A stretch of DNA of 64,000 bases from Gammaproteobacteria bacterium (GCA_965243205.1 CBDEUK010000001.1:96001-160000), one strand, 5' to 3'; counted from the first letter of the stretch, positions 51,901-61,818 are shown. Notes: a model not told the origin generated them from the sequence alone. Translations and numbers: made by a program.

Positions 51901-53002
51901 ACTATTGAAAGAATTAGTGCCAGAACTTTGGCCAGATAACGAACTAGTTAATACATTACTACAAGATGGTAAACTTTCTGAAGCTCAAAATATCCTTGAT
52001 TCAGTTTCGGATAACTTTATTCATCATCCAGATGTTATACAAGCTAAGCAAACATTGAACTCGCAACAGAATCTAGCCGAAGAAGAATACAAGAAATTTC
52101 TTGAGCTGAAATTGCAAACAAATAACGAAACAAGCCAACTAATTACTGCAGAATTACAGTTACAGAAAGCTAGGGCACTATGGACAGACAATGATAAATA
52201 TTCAAAAGACTATCAGGATGTCATGTCTAAAATTCGATCAAACGATACAAACAAAACTACTTTACTCAAAAGTGAAGAAACTGATTTTGCTCAAACTCAA
52301 AAAAAATCAACTGAAATAAAAGAACAAACTATAGCCAACTCAAACTGGCAACCCAAATCCAGTGGAAGAACATGCTCTGACAAACTTGCTTCTTATGGCC
52401 GCCGCGCAAAAGCGGTTTGCTATGATTTAGTAAACGCAACATGGCGAGGCCCACTGTTAGTGGTGATTCCTCCAGGCAATAATATCAATAACTTCTACGC
52501 CATCAGTAAATATGAAATTTCTGTGAATGATTTTAGTAAATACTGTTACATTTCAGGAAAATGTCACCCCGAAACGGCTAAAGACAAACAGGATTTACCA
52601 ATTACATCAATTTCATATGAAGAAGCACAATCATATATACAATGGTTAAATAAACGTACAGGAAAATCTTATCGATTACCTACAAAGGCTGAATGGCAAC
52701 ATGCTGCCAGTGCAGCTGGTAAACAACCTGAAAAAGATGTGAATTGTCGTCTAGCAGTTGGTGATAAACTTATAAAGGGTGCAAATTTGATTAGTATAAA
52801 ATCTGGACAAGCTAATGGCTGGGGATTAAAAAATTACATTGGGAATGTACAGGAATGGGTCACTGATGATTCAGGAATTATTCTTGCCGTTGGCGGCGCT
52901 TATACAGATGCTATGTCTAAATGTGATTTATCTTTGCAACGTAACCACTCTGGAAAAAAAGACAACATTACAGGTTTTCGTGTGGTTTTAGATGATATTT
53001 GA
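48920..53002 (+). CDS. Membrane Ser/Thr protein kinase with long helical extracytoplasmic region and C-terminal FGE-sulfatase domain
   Basis: LGFGGMGRVY, VAIK, HSDFKPGN, DFG and TPAYASLE; TM near aa 390-405; RLPTKAEWQHAA, NGWGL..YIGNVQEW and GFRVV; TTG start. Confidence 0.9.
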   Translation: MANFSTALEALGSGVVSLEVISFQLKKILEQTPDYSQHLLSHLLIAKDKHVIEDSEYLHLKSVIEPYLLDAQPISISNSFDNNFLDIDHPHFNQELTTGSVIKQRFKLLEILGFGGMGRVYKGIDLLKQEAKDKNPYVAIKLLNEDFKSHPKAFISLQRESSRQQKLAHPNIATVYDFDRVGDQGTPVFITMELLEGQTLSVFIKTKLRRIGGLPFSEAFKIIKQLGSALSYAHEQGIVHSDFKPGNAFICNDGTVKTLDFGIARAVKNTVEGNSERTLFDPRNLGAFTPAYASLEMLLGKEPDTRDDIYALGCVAYELLSGKHPYDKLPATKVKENKITPKPIKGLSKKQNLTLQKALATNREDRCQTVDQFLNDLEDKYVWYKDLRTVTGIILFISAISLYGPLNNYLYQKKINSISQNIESNNDKLIEKNLLLLDKLKEADQLSIISNSKEQIQLYYDKILNTLTDIESDTYDFIKAKYFLRKIEKLYPDSNFYFQEKNKIEEKEKKLLNILYKHLNISLQDIDNFETTKTILNNIHSRIDPNHAILKEEKLANSLYEIAIQSLNDNLIEKAEIVLFTAERYFPDNDNFSEIKTRIQNTKTLEDIYSKLNKLPSQNVKLETYKKYENDINKLSTLDETNVLLKKISQDVETLFNEEIEKLRDSKNRKKVDFFLTEYEILFESLHLNEQYLELQFLHLNSYDKNLALDKNIENIQNRLKKFIIEPKTDSTTWKKSIDTELSKLDFIQKKYSTKTNYDEFLEEIADIFVNSSISLMDNNQFKHAKSHIEVAKSYYHKHAKIQLIEQQIESQLAHYTEELKISELKKTFDLQINANELEQAIETYSLLNRSNNDDDYYIDTYAPKKLSELFSYKATSAAEKSNFKLALKLTNDGLDYYPLNQELSNQKQLYQIEIYDIELKSLFQNEVEFNSSEIQQKFGQIESISPDKYIKLRQRSVKTLSDRINTLKNNNTNQAITLAQNATVIFPGSALSQLLKELVPELWPDNELVNTLLQDGKLSEAQNILDSVSDNFIHHPDVIQAKQTLNSQQNLAEEEYKKFLELKLQTNNETSQLITAELQLQKARALWTDNDKYSKDYQDVMSKIRSNDTNKTTLLKSEETDFAQTQKKSTEIKEQTIANSNWQPKSSGRTCSDKLASYGRRAKAVCYDLVNATWRGPLLVVIPPGNNINNFYAISKYEISVNDFSKYCYISGKCHPETAKDKQDLPITSISYEEAQSYIQWLNKRTGKSYRLPTKAEWQHAASAAGKQPEKDVNCRLAVGDKLIKGANLISIKSGQANGWGLKNYIGNVQEWVTDDSGIILAVGGAYTDAMSKCDLSLQRNHSGKKDNITGFRVVLDDI

Positions 53003-53004
53003 AA

Positions 53005-53151
53005 ATGAAACAACAATATAGTCTAAACGAACTTGCTAAAAAGTATTCTGAAGGTAAACTTCAATACGATGAATATAAACGTTTGCGCACAATACTATTA
53101 AAAGATATTGTTAGCGGCAAACATAAAATTAGTCAGACAGATAAAAAATAA
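53005..53151 (+). CDS. Small 48-aa protein, SHOCT-like
   Basis: Below the ORF-track cut-off. MKQQYSLNELAKKYSEGKLQYDEYKRLRTILLKDIVSGKHKISQTDKK starts 2 nt after the kinase stop and fills the gap. Confidence 0.55.
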   Translation: MKQQYSLNELAKKYSEGKLQYDEYKRLRTILLKDIVSGKHKISQTDKK

Positions 53152-53169
53152 GAATAAAAAAAGAACTAT

Positions 53170-54384
53170 ATGTCTTCAGATGTACTGGTTGGTCGCCAAC
53201 CTATTTATGATGCGAATTTAAATGTCGCTGCCTATGAATTGTTATTTCGGAGTAAACAAGATAACAACACAGCTCAATTCTCTGATGGCGATAAAGCAAC
53301 CTCTGAATTAATTTTAAATACTTTTCTAGACATAGGCCTAGAAAATATCGTTGGTAATTTGCCTGCCTATATTAATTTAACACGTAGTTTTATTACCGAT
53401 CCGACAGCGATTCCATTCGCGAAAGAAAATATAGTTCTCGAAATACTAGAAGAGGTCTCTATTGATAATGAAGTTTCTAATGCCATTAAATCACTACATG
53501 AACGTGGTTTTACACTGGCATTAGACGATTATATCTTTGACCAGAGACACTCAGATATACTCAATTATATCGATATTATTAAAATCGATATCTTAGATCT
53601 CAATAATGAACAACTACAAAACGAAGTTAAAAAACTATCCCAATTCAAAGGCAAATTATTAGCAGAAAAAATCGAAACACTTGATGAATTTGAGTTTTGT
53701 AAATCACTCAATTTTGATTACTACCAAGGCTTTTTCTTATCTAAACCAAAAATTATTAGTGGCAAACGGGTTCCAGCAAACCGATTAACCGTTTTATCGA
53801 TCATTTCTAAACTCTATAGTGATAAAACAGATATTGATGATATTAAAAAGGATATTTTGACAGATGTATCTCTTAGCTATCGTTTATTACGTTATTTAAA
53901 CTCCAGCTATTTTAATTTAGCTCGAAAAATTGAAACTATAGACGACGCACTAATCTATTTAGGCTTAGATAATATCAAACGTTGGATCACACTAATTTCT
54001 CTAAGCAGTATGAGTGATAAACCTAATGATATTATTAATACCTCATTAATACGCGCCAAGATGTGCGAATTATTAGCACAGGATAAAGGACTTGCTGATC
54101 CTGAACAATATTTTACCGCCGGATTATTTTCTAATTTACCAGCACTATTAGATATGAGTATTGAAGAAATTTTAAAACCAATGCCATTAACAGACGCACT
54201 GAAAAATGCCTTATCGAATTACACTGGGCCAATTGGCAAGACATTACAATTTTGTATCAATTATGAACAAATAAATTGGGATAATCTTATTTCGATTAAT
54301 ACTGAAACAGACACTGTTAAAAAATGTTATCTTGAATCCATTCGTTGGGCTAATGACATCATAAAAGAACTTTCATCCGTTTAG
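53170..54384 (+). CDS. EAL-HDOD domain signalling protein (YuxH-like)
   Basis: RQPI..YELLFR, LEILE, LALDDY, LAEKIET and YQGFF; HDOD motifs LLRYLNS...RAKMCE...FTAGLFS. Confidence 0.9.
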   Translation: MSSDVLVGRQPIYDANLNVAAYELLFRSKQDNNTAQFSDGDKATSELILNTFLDIGLENIVGNLPAYINLTRSFITDPTAIPFAKENIVLEILEEVSIDNEVSNAIKSLHERGFTLALDDYIFDQRHSDILNYIDIIKIDILDLNNEQLQNEVKKLSQFKGKLLAEKIETLDEFEFCKSLNFDYYQGFFLSKPKIISGKRVPANRLTVLSIISKLYSDKTDIDDIKKDILTDVSLSYRLLRYLNSSYFNLARKIETIDDALIYLGLDNIKRWITLISLSSMSDKPNDIINTSLIRAKMCELLAQDKGLADPEQYFTAGLFSNLPALLDMSIEEILKPMPLTDALKNALSNYTGPIGKTLQFCINYEQINWDNLISINTETDTVKKCYLESIRWANDIIKELSSV

Positions 54385-54387
54385 ACC

Positions 54388-55119
54388 TTAATAATCTGGA
54401 AACTCCTCTAGCTCAGACTCTCCATTGTTTATTAACATCTCTCTTTGTTGAAAATAAGCATTCTTAATAAATTCGTATTCATCTAAAGATACTTCACCAA
54501 CTAAATCTGTCGCAGAAAGTAAATCAGATTTAATATCAACGAAATTCAATCCAAATAACCCCATACGAAGCGAATCATTTTCAAGATAACTCACAGGGTT
54601 TAGCAATACAGCATCTACCGGGAATCGAGTAGCATCACGTAGAGTTGTAGGCCCTAAAAAAGGCACCATGATATAAGGTCCTGGCCCCATTCCCCAATGT
54701 GCTAACGTTTGACCAAAATCTTGTCTATTTTTGGGTAAATCCATTTTTGAAGCGACATCAAACACACCTAATAGTCCCATCGTGCTATTCACAATAAAAC
54801 GAGCAGAATCTTTCGCCGCTTGCCCTAACTTAAATTGTAAAATGTCATTCGCTACAGCAGAGATTTCACCGAGGTTGCTGAAAAAGTTACTGATGCCTTT
54901 ATCTAAAAAATCTGGAGTGACCGCTCGATAAATGCCAGTGATAGGATCGATAACGGTATCGTCGACGGCTTTATTAAAGCTATAAACTCCACGATTGAAA
55001 CCCTCGAACGGATCACGACTATCAGTCGTACCCGTGGTGGCACAGCCAGACAATGAAATAATTAAGGTTAAGCAAGCTAAAAAGCATGCTTTAACTGACA
55101 GTTTCTTCATCAACATCAA
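54388..55119 (-). CDS. mlaA: MlaA/VacJ lipoprotein
   Basis: Lipobox LSGC; DPFEGFNR, NFFSNL, DFGQTL..WG and PFLGPTTLRD motifs. Confidence 0.93.
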   Translation of the reverse strand: MMLMKKLSVKACFLACLTLIISLSGCATTGTTDSRDPFEGFNRGVYSFNKAVDDTVIDPITGIYRAVTPDFLDKGISNFFSNLGEISAVANDILQFKLGQAAKDSARFIVNSTMGLLGVFDVASKMDLPKNRQDFGQTLAHWGMGPGPYIMVPFLGPTTLRDATRFPVDAVLLNPVSYLENDSLRMGLFGLNFVDIKSDLLSATDLVGEVSLDEYEFIKNAYFQQREMLINNGESELEEFPDY

Positions 55120-55355
55120 TTAAATCCTTTATACGTTTTTAATTATTAATTTCATGAGTTTCTTTACTCTTATTAGCACATTACAACACTTAACAGTTCA
55201 AGATCAATCACTAAAGTACTTGAAAAATATACAGTTTCTTACTTATACAACGGTAAAAAACTATAAAAATAAATATTTTTTAACTAATTACATTTACAAT
55301 TAAATAAATTACATTAAACATAATTTAATTCTTTTTTACATCGGACATATGTCTT

Positions 55356-56069
55356 ATGAACTTGAGTCAAAATAACGTTGATCTAAATGAGCTGAATAAA
55401 TTTGAGCAATCTAATAGTCGTTGGTGGGATACTGATGGGCCACTAAAAACCTTGCATGTGATTAACCCTGTACGCATGGACTTTATTCGTAAACAGGTTG
55501 ATCTCGAGAATAAAGTTATATGTGATGTGGGCTGTGGCGGTGGAATATTAACCGAAGCTTTAGCAAAAGAAGCAAAACACGTTCATGGTATTGATATGAA
55601 CGAATCCGCTATTCAAACAGCCATAACTCATAGTGAAGCTGACAATATCAATAATACTCAATACTCAATAACTAGTAGTGAAACATTTGCTGAGCAAAAT
55701 GTTGAAAAATTTGATGTCGTTACGTGTCTGGAAATGTTGGAGCACGTACCTGAACCTGAATCGATTATTCAAGCTTGCGCACAATTATTAAAGCCAGGTG
55801 GTAAAGTATTTTTCTCAACATTAAATCGTTCCGCGCCAGCTTATTTAAAAGCCGTTTTAGCAGCCGAATATATTTTGAATCTATTGCCAAAAGGAACTCA
55901 TGACTATGGCAAATTTATTAAACCTTCTGAATTAACTCAATTTTGTCGTAACAGTGGATTGAAAGTAGTCTGTATAAAAGGATTGGCATATATCCCATTC
56001 TTAGATAAAGCGTATTTATCCTCTCAGCTTGATACCAATTATATTCTGTGTGCTGAAAAACCTTTGTAA
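55356..56069 (+). CDS. ubiG: Ubiquinone biosynthesis O-methyltransferase
   Basis: WWD..GP.K.LH.INP.R, DVGCGGG, CLEMLEHVP and LPKGTH motifs. Confidence 0.95.
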   Translation: MNLSQNNVDLNELNKFEQSNSRWWDTDGPLKTLHVINPVRMDFIRKQVDLENKVICDVGCGGGILTEALAKEAKHVHGIDMNESAIQTAITHSEADNINNTQYSITSSETFAEQNVEKFDVVTCLEMLEHVPEPESIIQACAQLLKPGGKVFFSTLNRSAPAYLKAVLAAEYILNLLPKGTHDYGKFIKPSELTQFCRNSGLKVVCIKGLAYIPFLDKAYLSSQLDTNYILCAEKPL

Positions 56070-56072
56070 ATC

Positions 56073-56738
56073 ATGGAAAAAAAAATTACGACTGTATTAT
56101 TCGATCTTGATGGAACCTTAGCTGATACATCGCTAGATTTAACGGCTTCACTAAATCAATTATTCAAACAACAGGATTTAAAGCCCGTGACTGTTGTTGA
56201 AGTAAAGCCTGTAATCTCAAAAGGCAGTAGTGCCATGCTAAAACTACGATTAAGTTTTAATGACGGTAGTGATGAACACGAAACATTTAAACAACAACTA
56301 TTTACTGTCTATTCAGAAAGAAATCACGACGACACATTATTGTTTCATGGCATGGATAACTGCCTTAAAACACTACAAGAAAATAATATTACATGGGGTA
56401 TCGTTACCAATAAACTTTCTCATTTAGCTAAACCCGTTATCGAAAAATTAAAATTAGATTCAAACACAGCGTGCTTGGTTTGTCCTGATGATGTGGGACA
56501 TGCTAAACCTCATCCTGCACCTTTATTAGAAGCAGCAAAAATAATCAAAGTCAAACCTGAAGAGTGTATGTATGTTGGTGATGCCAAGAACGATATGATC
56601 GCAGCACATAGAGCTAATATGATGGCTGTCGTCGCCAATTATGGTTTTATTCCTAACGATGAAGATATTTATCATTGGAATGCTGATGCAATCATTGAAC
56701 AGCCATTGGATTTATTAACGTTATTAAATATTAATTAG
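56073..56738 (+). CDS. gph: HAD phosphatase (phosphoglycolate phosphatase / MupP-like)
   Basis: FDLDGTL, VTNK, KPHPAP and VGD...D motifs; follows ubiG. Confidence 0.8.
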   Translation: MEKKITTVLFDLDGTLADTSLDLTASLNQLFKQQDLKPVTVVEVKPVISKGSSAMLKLRLSFNDGSDEHETFKQQLFTVYSERNHDDTLLFHGMDNCLKTLQENNITWGIVTNKLSHLAKPVIEKLKLDSNTACLVCPDDVGHAKPHPAPLLEAAKIIKVKPEECMYVGDAKNDMIAAHRANMMAVVANYGFIPNDEDIYHWNADAIIEQPLDLLTLLNIN

Positions 56739-56744
56739 AGTTAT

Positions 56745-57572
56745 ATGGTTTTCAATAGTCAGGAATACCTTTCTCAATATGCGCCAGATGGAAGCTCTTT
56801 ATATTACGCTTGTTTGTACCATCCAAAATCTGAACAAGAATTTATTATCGCATTACATGGTTTTTATACCGAATTAAAACAAATTCATACCCAAATAAAT
56901 GATCCAGGCATCGCTCGGATAAAATTAGCTTGGTGGCGACAAGAGATTGAAAAAATTCAATCAAATTCAAGTCAACACCCATTAATTCATTATTTATATA
57001 ACTGTACTAATAAACATACGATCGATATCAATCTATTCAACCAAATTATTGATGCTGAAGAATCATTAATCCAAAAACATTTTGTAACAGATCAAGAAAA
57101 AATTAGTGTCTATAAAAAAAGTATTGGTACCGTCTGGCAATTATGTTGTGAATACTCTAAATCGTTATCCAATACTAAAAAAGATTGGATTATACAAACC
57201 GCAACAATTATTGAATGTTTAAATAATGGTTTTAATTTTTTTGAAAACCTAAGACATGATCACTGTGATTTATCGGATGAATATCTAAATTCAAAACAAA
57301 TAAAAAGAGAATCTTTAAACTCATTCGATACAAAAACACTTTGGCACAAGTTAATCAAACCATATATTGAAACTCAATATTCACAACTGGATATACAATT
57401 ACAATCCAAAAACAACATATCAACCTATCTGTTTCCACAAATTTTGAGTCAAATCTATTTAGCTCGTTGCAAAAAAGTCTTAAAAACTAATATGCCAGAA
57501 TCTAACGACATATTACCGATTAAAAAATTATTCTTGGCTTGGAAGATTCATCGAAGATTAAGATCATCATGA
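56745..57572 (+). CDS. Squalene/phytoene synthase family protein (divergent HpnD-like)
   Basis: GSSLYYA, DPGIARIKLAWWRQEI and HPL motifs; aspartate-rich motifs not evident. Confidence 0.7.
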   Translation: MVFNSQEYLSQYAPDGSSLYYACLYHPKSEQEFIIALHGFYTELKQIHTQINDPGIARIKLAWWRQEIEKIQSNSSQHPLIHYLYNCTNKHTIDINLFNQIIDAEESLIQKHFVTDQEKISVYKKSIGTVWQLCCEYSKSLSNTKKDWIIQTATIIECLNNGFNFFENLRHDHCDLSDEYLNSKQIKRESLNSFDTKTLWHKLIKPYIETQYSQLDIQLQSKNNISTYLFPQILSQIYLARCKKVLKTNMPESNDILPIKKLFLAWKIHRRLRSS

Positions 57573-58033
57573 TCTAAGTCATCTGAAGTTTTCACTGGAA
57601 AGCGTAATCTTACTCTTAATCGCCTTAAAAGTTCTTCATGCACATTATCTTTGCTCAATATGATCGCAAAATTTCTATTTTGACAACGAAGTAGCAACAC
57701 AACTAATAAAGGGTGAACAAAACTACCTGGACGTTCTATAGCTGGCAAACTTTCATTGCTATTAGTAATCACAAACCACTCATCTTCAGAGTTCAACAAA
57801 ATAGCCGTTGCTTCTAATGGAAAAAGGTTAAAACGGTAAACTCTCCAATACCAGATACCACAGACTAATAACATTATCCAAAGAGGCCATTTGGGGATTG
57901 AAAGGGGATATACAAATAATACCAATGCACAGAACACGTGCATGAACAAAATTATCCGAAAAACTAATTTTGAGTGCTTAAGAGGGATCAATATTGGCTG
58001 AAGAAAAGTCGAATGAGTGGTGTGCTTGTCCAT
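57548..58033 (-). CDS. YgfX/CptA-like inner membrane protein
   Basis: Two TM helices; C-terminal D...EELLRRLRVRLR motif; near sdhE. Confidence 0.65.
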   Translation of the reverse strand: MDKHTTHSTFLQPILIPLKHSKLVFRIILFMHVFCALVLFVYPLSIPKWPLWIMLLVCGIWYWRVYRFNLFPLEATAILLNSEDEWFVITNSNESLPAIERPGSFVHPLLVVLLLRCQNRNFAIILSKDNVHEELLRRLRVRLRFPVKTSDDLDHDDLNLR

Positions 58034-58131
58034 TTTGATTTAAAAATTTCCTTATAAAAATCGTCTTTGATAGTGAATTTTGCAATTAACGCACTATAAT
58101 AAGCCCTGATTAATCATACAGTTCAATAAAA

Positions 58132-58332
58132 ATGACTGAAAAATCAAAAGATTGCAACAAGGAACTAGACAATAACAACAATAATAATTATGTTCTGTCT
58201 GAAAAAACTGTAAACGACCAGCAAAATTCTGAAATTAAAAGCAAAGACGTCGTCGAAATCGGTGGTCCCAAAGGCCCTGAACCGACACGCTATGGCGATT
58301 GGGAGAAAAAAGGTCGTTGTATCGACTTTTGA
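58132..58332 (+). CDS. DUF1674 / SDHAF4 (Sdh8)-like succinate dehydrogenase assembly factor
   Basis: [25 protein letters not shown] signature; directly upstream of sdhC. Confidence 0.9.
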   Translation: MTEKSKDCNKELDNNNNNNYVLSEKTVNDQQNSEIKSKDVVEIGGPKGPEPTRYGDWEKKGRCIDF

Positions 58333-58431
58333 TCTATACAAGTCTTTTAGATTAATCCAAGTTAAAACAATAATTTAATATATTCTTCGTATTGCCGAAG
58401 ACATCTTAGAGAATCGAATGAGGAATGAGTT

Positions 58432-58830
58432 ATGGCATCGGGAAACCGTCCCTTATCACCACACTTACAAGTTTATACACTGCCTCTAACAGCAGTTCTA
58501 TCCATTACCCATCGAGCCACAGGCGTATTCTTAAGCTTGGGAGCAGTCTTTTTATCCTGCTGGCTTCTATCGATTGCAATGGGTCCTGAAAGCTACGCTG
58601 AATTACAAGAATGCACCTCGTCTTGGTTTGGTCAATTAGTTTTAATAGCTTTCGCATTTTCTCTTTATTATCACCTTGCTAATGGTATTCGTCATTTACT
58701 CTGGGATATTGGTACTGGATTAACTAAAGAAGCGACTCACTTAACAAGCTACATAGTGATTGCTGCAAGCATCATTCTCACAGCGATTACCTGGATAGCT
58801 GCTAAGGGCATGTTCGGAGGTGCAGCATGA
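58432..58830 (+). CDS. sdhC: Succinate dehydrogenase cytochrome b556 subunit
   Basis: RPLSPHLQVY, SITHRATG and HLANGIRHL motifs. Confidence 0.95.
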   Translation: MASGNRPLSPHLQVYTLPLTAVLSITHRATGVFLSLGAVFLSCWLLSIAMGPESYAELQECTSSWFGQLVLIAFAFSLYYHLANGIRHLLWDIGTGLTKEATHLTSYIVIAASIILTAITWIAAKGMFGGAA

Positions 58831-59207
58831 GTTTACGTACACCATTAGCCCATGTTCGTGGACTGGGTTCAGCGAAAGAAGGCACACATCATTGGTGGAT
58901 GCAACGACTTACAGCTATTCCACTCATTCCGCTTTCCATATGGTTTATTGCGTCGTTAGTATGTGTCAGTTCCAAAGGTTATCAAGCAGCCGTTGATTGG
59001 ATAAGCAATCCCATTAGCACTGTTTTACTCATTATTTTCTTAGGCGCTCTTTACTACCATGCTGCACTTGGTATGCAAGTAGTCATTGAAGATTACATTG
59101 AATCAGAATGGCAAAAGATTACCGCATTAATCTTAGTCAAATTCCTAGCCTTATTCACTGGTCTGGTTTCAATCTTTGCCGTTTTAAAAGTTTCATTGGG
59201 GATTTAA
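58827..59207 (+). CDS. sdhD: Succinate dehydrogenase membrane anchor subunit
   Basis: [20 protein letters not shown] and H...GMQVVIEDY motifs. Confidence 0.95.
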   Translation: MSLRTPLAHVRGLGSAKEGTHHWWMQRLTAIPLIPLSIWFIASLVCVSSKGYQAAVDWISNPISTVLLIIFLGALYYHAALGMQVVIEDYIESEWQKITALILVKFLALFTGLVSIFAVLKVSLGI

Positions 59208-59211
59208 TTCG

Positions 59212-60996
59212 ATGTCAAAAGCGTATGAAGTAATAGAACATAAATATGATGTAGTTGTTGTTGGTGCCGGTGGTGCTGGCTTACGTTCTACCTTTGGTAT
59301 GGCCTCAAAAGGTTTAACCACAGCTTGTATCACCAAAGTCTTTCCAACACGCTCACATACCGTTGCTGCGCAAGGTGGTATGAGTGCGGCTTTAGCAAAT
59401 ATGGGTGAAGACGATTGGCGTTGGCACATGTACGACACAGTCAAAGGCTCAGACTGGTTAGGTGACCAAGATGCAATTGAATACATGTGTCGTGAAGCGA
59501 TGCCGTCTGTGATTGAACTTGAGCATTATGGCGTTCCATTTTCACGTACGGATGAAGGTAAGATTTACCAACGCCCATTTGGTGGTATGACCACAAATTA
59601 TGGTGAAGGTACTGCACAACGCACCTGTGCCGCTGCTGACCGTACTGGGCATGCGATTTTACATACCTTATACCAACAATCACTCAAACATAATGCTGAA
59701 TTTTTTATTGAGTACTTTGCACTCGATTTAATTATGGATGATGGCGTCTGTCGCGGTGTCATGGCTTGGAATCTTGATGACGGTACTATTCACGCTTTTC
59801 GTGCCCACGAAGTTGTATTGGCAACTGGTGGTTTCGGTCGTGCATACTTCTCATGTACATCAGCTCATACCTGTACTGGTGATGGTACTGCAATGGTCTT
59901 ACGAGCAGGCTTACCTTGTCAGGATATGGAGTTTACTCAGTTTCATCCTACTGGCATATACGGCTCAGGTTGTTTGATTACAGAAGGTGTACGCGGAGAA
60001 GGTGGATACTTAACAAACTCTGAAGGCGAACGTTTTATGGAACGTTATGCACCTAACGCAAAAGATTTAGCGTCTCGTGATGTAGTCTCACGTTCTGAAA
60101 CCATAGAGATTCGTGAAGGCCGCGGTGTTGGTCCTGATAATGATCACTGTCATTTGCATTTAGAGCACTTAGGAGCAGAAGTCATTAACGAACGCCTGCC
60201 AGGTATTGCAGAATCTGCAAAAATATTTGCTGGCGTGGACGTTACCAAAGAACCTATTCCAGTTATTCCTACCGTTCACTACAACATGGGTGGAGTACAA
60301 ACGAATTATCATGGTCGAGTAGTGACGATTAAAGACGGCGACCCAGATGCAGAAGTACCAGGGTTAATGGCCATCGGTGAAGCAGCTTGTGTTTCAGTAC
60401 ACGGCGCAAACCGTTTAGGTTCGAATTCATTATTAGACTTAATCGTATTCGGACGTGCTTCTGCTAATTATTGCGCAGAGAACTTAAAACCTGGCCAACC
60501 TCATAAGCCAATCGAAAATGTTGGTGAAGAATGTTTAGAACGTTTGGATAAAGTGCGTCATAACAAAGGTTCTACAGCAACCGCTGAAATTCGTTTAAAC
60601 ATGCAAAAAACCATGCAATCCGATGCTGCGGTTTTCCGTACCGGTGAGACCATGCGTGAAGGCATGAATAAAATGGCGGATATCTGGAATTCATATGAAG
60701 ACGTAAAAGTTGAAGATAAATCGATGGTGTGGAATTCAGATTTAGTTGAAACCTTAGAGTTAGACAACTTACTTCGTAATGCAGTGGTGAGTATTCATTC
60801 TGCTGAAAACCGCACCGAAAGTCGTGGTGGTCACGCCCGTGAAGATTATCCCGACCGTGATGATGAAAATTGGATGAAACATACTTTATCTTGGGTTGAC
60901 GATAAAGGCGAAGTCACTTTTGATTATCGTCCTGTTCATATGTACACCTTAACTGATGAAGTTGAAGTGATACCACCTAAGAAACGAGTTTATTAA
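59212..60996 (+). CDS. sdhA: Succinate dehydrogenase flavoprotein subunit
   Basis: [16 protein letters not shown] (FAD His), QFHPT and HGANRLG motifs. Confidence 0.98.
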   Translation: MSKAYEVIEHKYDVVVVGAGGAGLRSTFGMASKGLTTACITKVFPTRSHTVAAQGGMSAALANMGEDDWRWHMYDTVKGSDWLGDQDAIEYMCREAMPSVIELEHYGVPFSRTDEGKIYQRPFGGMTTNYGEGTAQRTCAAADRTGHAILHTLYQQSLKHNAEFFIEYFALDLIMDDGVCRGVMAWNLDDGTIHAFRAHEVVLATGGFGRAYFSCTSAHTCTGDGTAMVLRAGLPCQDMEFTQFHPTGIYGSGCLITEGVRGEGGYLTNSEGERFMERYAPNAKDLASRDVVSRSETIEIREGRGVGPDNDHCHLHLEHLGAEVINERLPGIAESAKIFAGVDVTKEPIPVIPTVHYNMGGVQTNYHGRVVTIKDGDPDAEVPGLMAIGEAACVSVHGANRLGSNSLLDLIVFGRASANYCAENLKPGQPHKPIENVGEECLERLDKVRHNKGSTATAEIRLNMQKTMQSDAAVFRTGETMREGMNKMADIWNSYEDVKVEDKSMVWNSDLVETLELDNLLRNAVVSIHSAENRTESRGGHAREDYPDRDDENWMKHTLSWVDDKGEVTFDYRPVHMYTLTDEVEVIPPKKRVY

Positions 60997-61008
60997 TAGA
61001 GAATTATT

Positions 61009-61791
61009 ATGGCTGAATTTACCTTACCTAAAAATTCAAAAATTCAAACGGGTAAAACCGTCAACGCTGCTAACGGCGCTAGCAAGAAAAAAACCTTTCG
61101 CATCTATCGATGGGATCCAGACTCAGGTGAAAACCCAAGAGTTGATAGTTATGAAATTGATCTCAGTAAATGCGGACCTATGGTTTTAGATGCCATCATA
61201 TATATTAAAAATGAATTGGATTCTTCTTTAACCTTTCGTCGTTCGTGTCGTGAAGGTATCTGCGGTTCGTGTGCTATGAACATTGATGGCACAAACACCT
61301 TAGCTTGTACTAAAGATATTTCTGAAATTAATGGCGATGTAAAAATTTACCCATTGCCGCATATGAAGGTCGTCAAAGATTTGGTTCCAGATATGAATCA
61401 CTTCTATGCGCAATACGCATCCATCAAACCTTGGCTAGAGTCTCAAACACCGCCGCCACCTGATCGTGAACGTTTACAATCGAAAGAAGAACGCGAACAA
61501 TTGGATGGCCTGTACGAATGCATTCTTTGTGCTTGTTGTTCAACCAGTTGTCCAAGCTATTGGTGGAACAGTGATCGCTACTTAGGACCGGCTATTTTAT
61601 TACAAGCCTATAGATGGATTGCTGATAGTCGTGATGAGAATACTGGTGAACGATTGGATGATTTGGAAGATCCATTCCGCTTATATCGTTGCCATACCAT
61701 TATGAACTGTACTAATACTTGTCCGAAAGGTTTAAATCCTGCGAAAGCGATCGCTGAAATCAAGAAATTAATGGTTCAGAGAACCGTCTAA
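61009..61791 (+). CDS. sdhB: Succinate dehydrogenase iron-sulfur subunit
   Basis: [22 protein letters not shown] and CHTIMNC...CP motifs. Confidence 0.98.
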   Translation: MAEFTLPKNSKIQTGKTVNAANGASKKKTFRIYRWDPDSGENPRVDSYEIDLSKCGPMVLDAIIYIKNELDSSLTFRRSCREGICGSCAMNIDGTNTLACTKDISEINGDVKIYPLPHMKVVKDLVPDMNHFYAQYASIKPWLESQTPPPPDRERLQSKEEREQLDGLYECILCACCSTSCPSYWWNSDRYLGPAILLQAYRWIADSRDENTGERLDDLEDPFRLYRCHTIMNCTNTCPKGLNPAKAIAEIKKLMVQRTV

Positions 61792-61797
61792 ATAATT

Positions 61798-61818
61798 AGG
61801 GTTGGTGTATCCAACCCT
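61798..61818 (+). terminator. Hairpin between sdhB and sdhE
   Basis: AGGGTTGG-TGTAT-CCAACCCT followed by GTTAACTCTT (weak U-tract). Confidence 0.45.

Noticed and set aside
47061-53002. Calling this block a type VI secretion cluster
   Set aside because: No structural T6SS genes (tssA-M, hcp, vgrG, PAAR) in the window
58171-58191. AAT/AAC Asn run in the DUF1674 gene as a phase-variable repeat
   Set aside because: Mixed triplet codons in a variable N-terminus; cannot shift the frame
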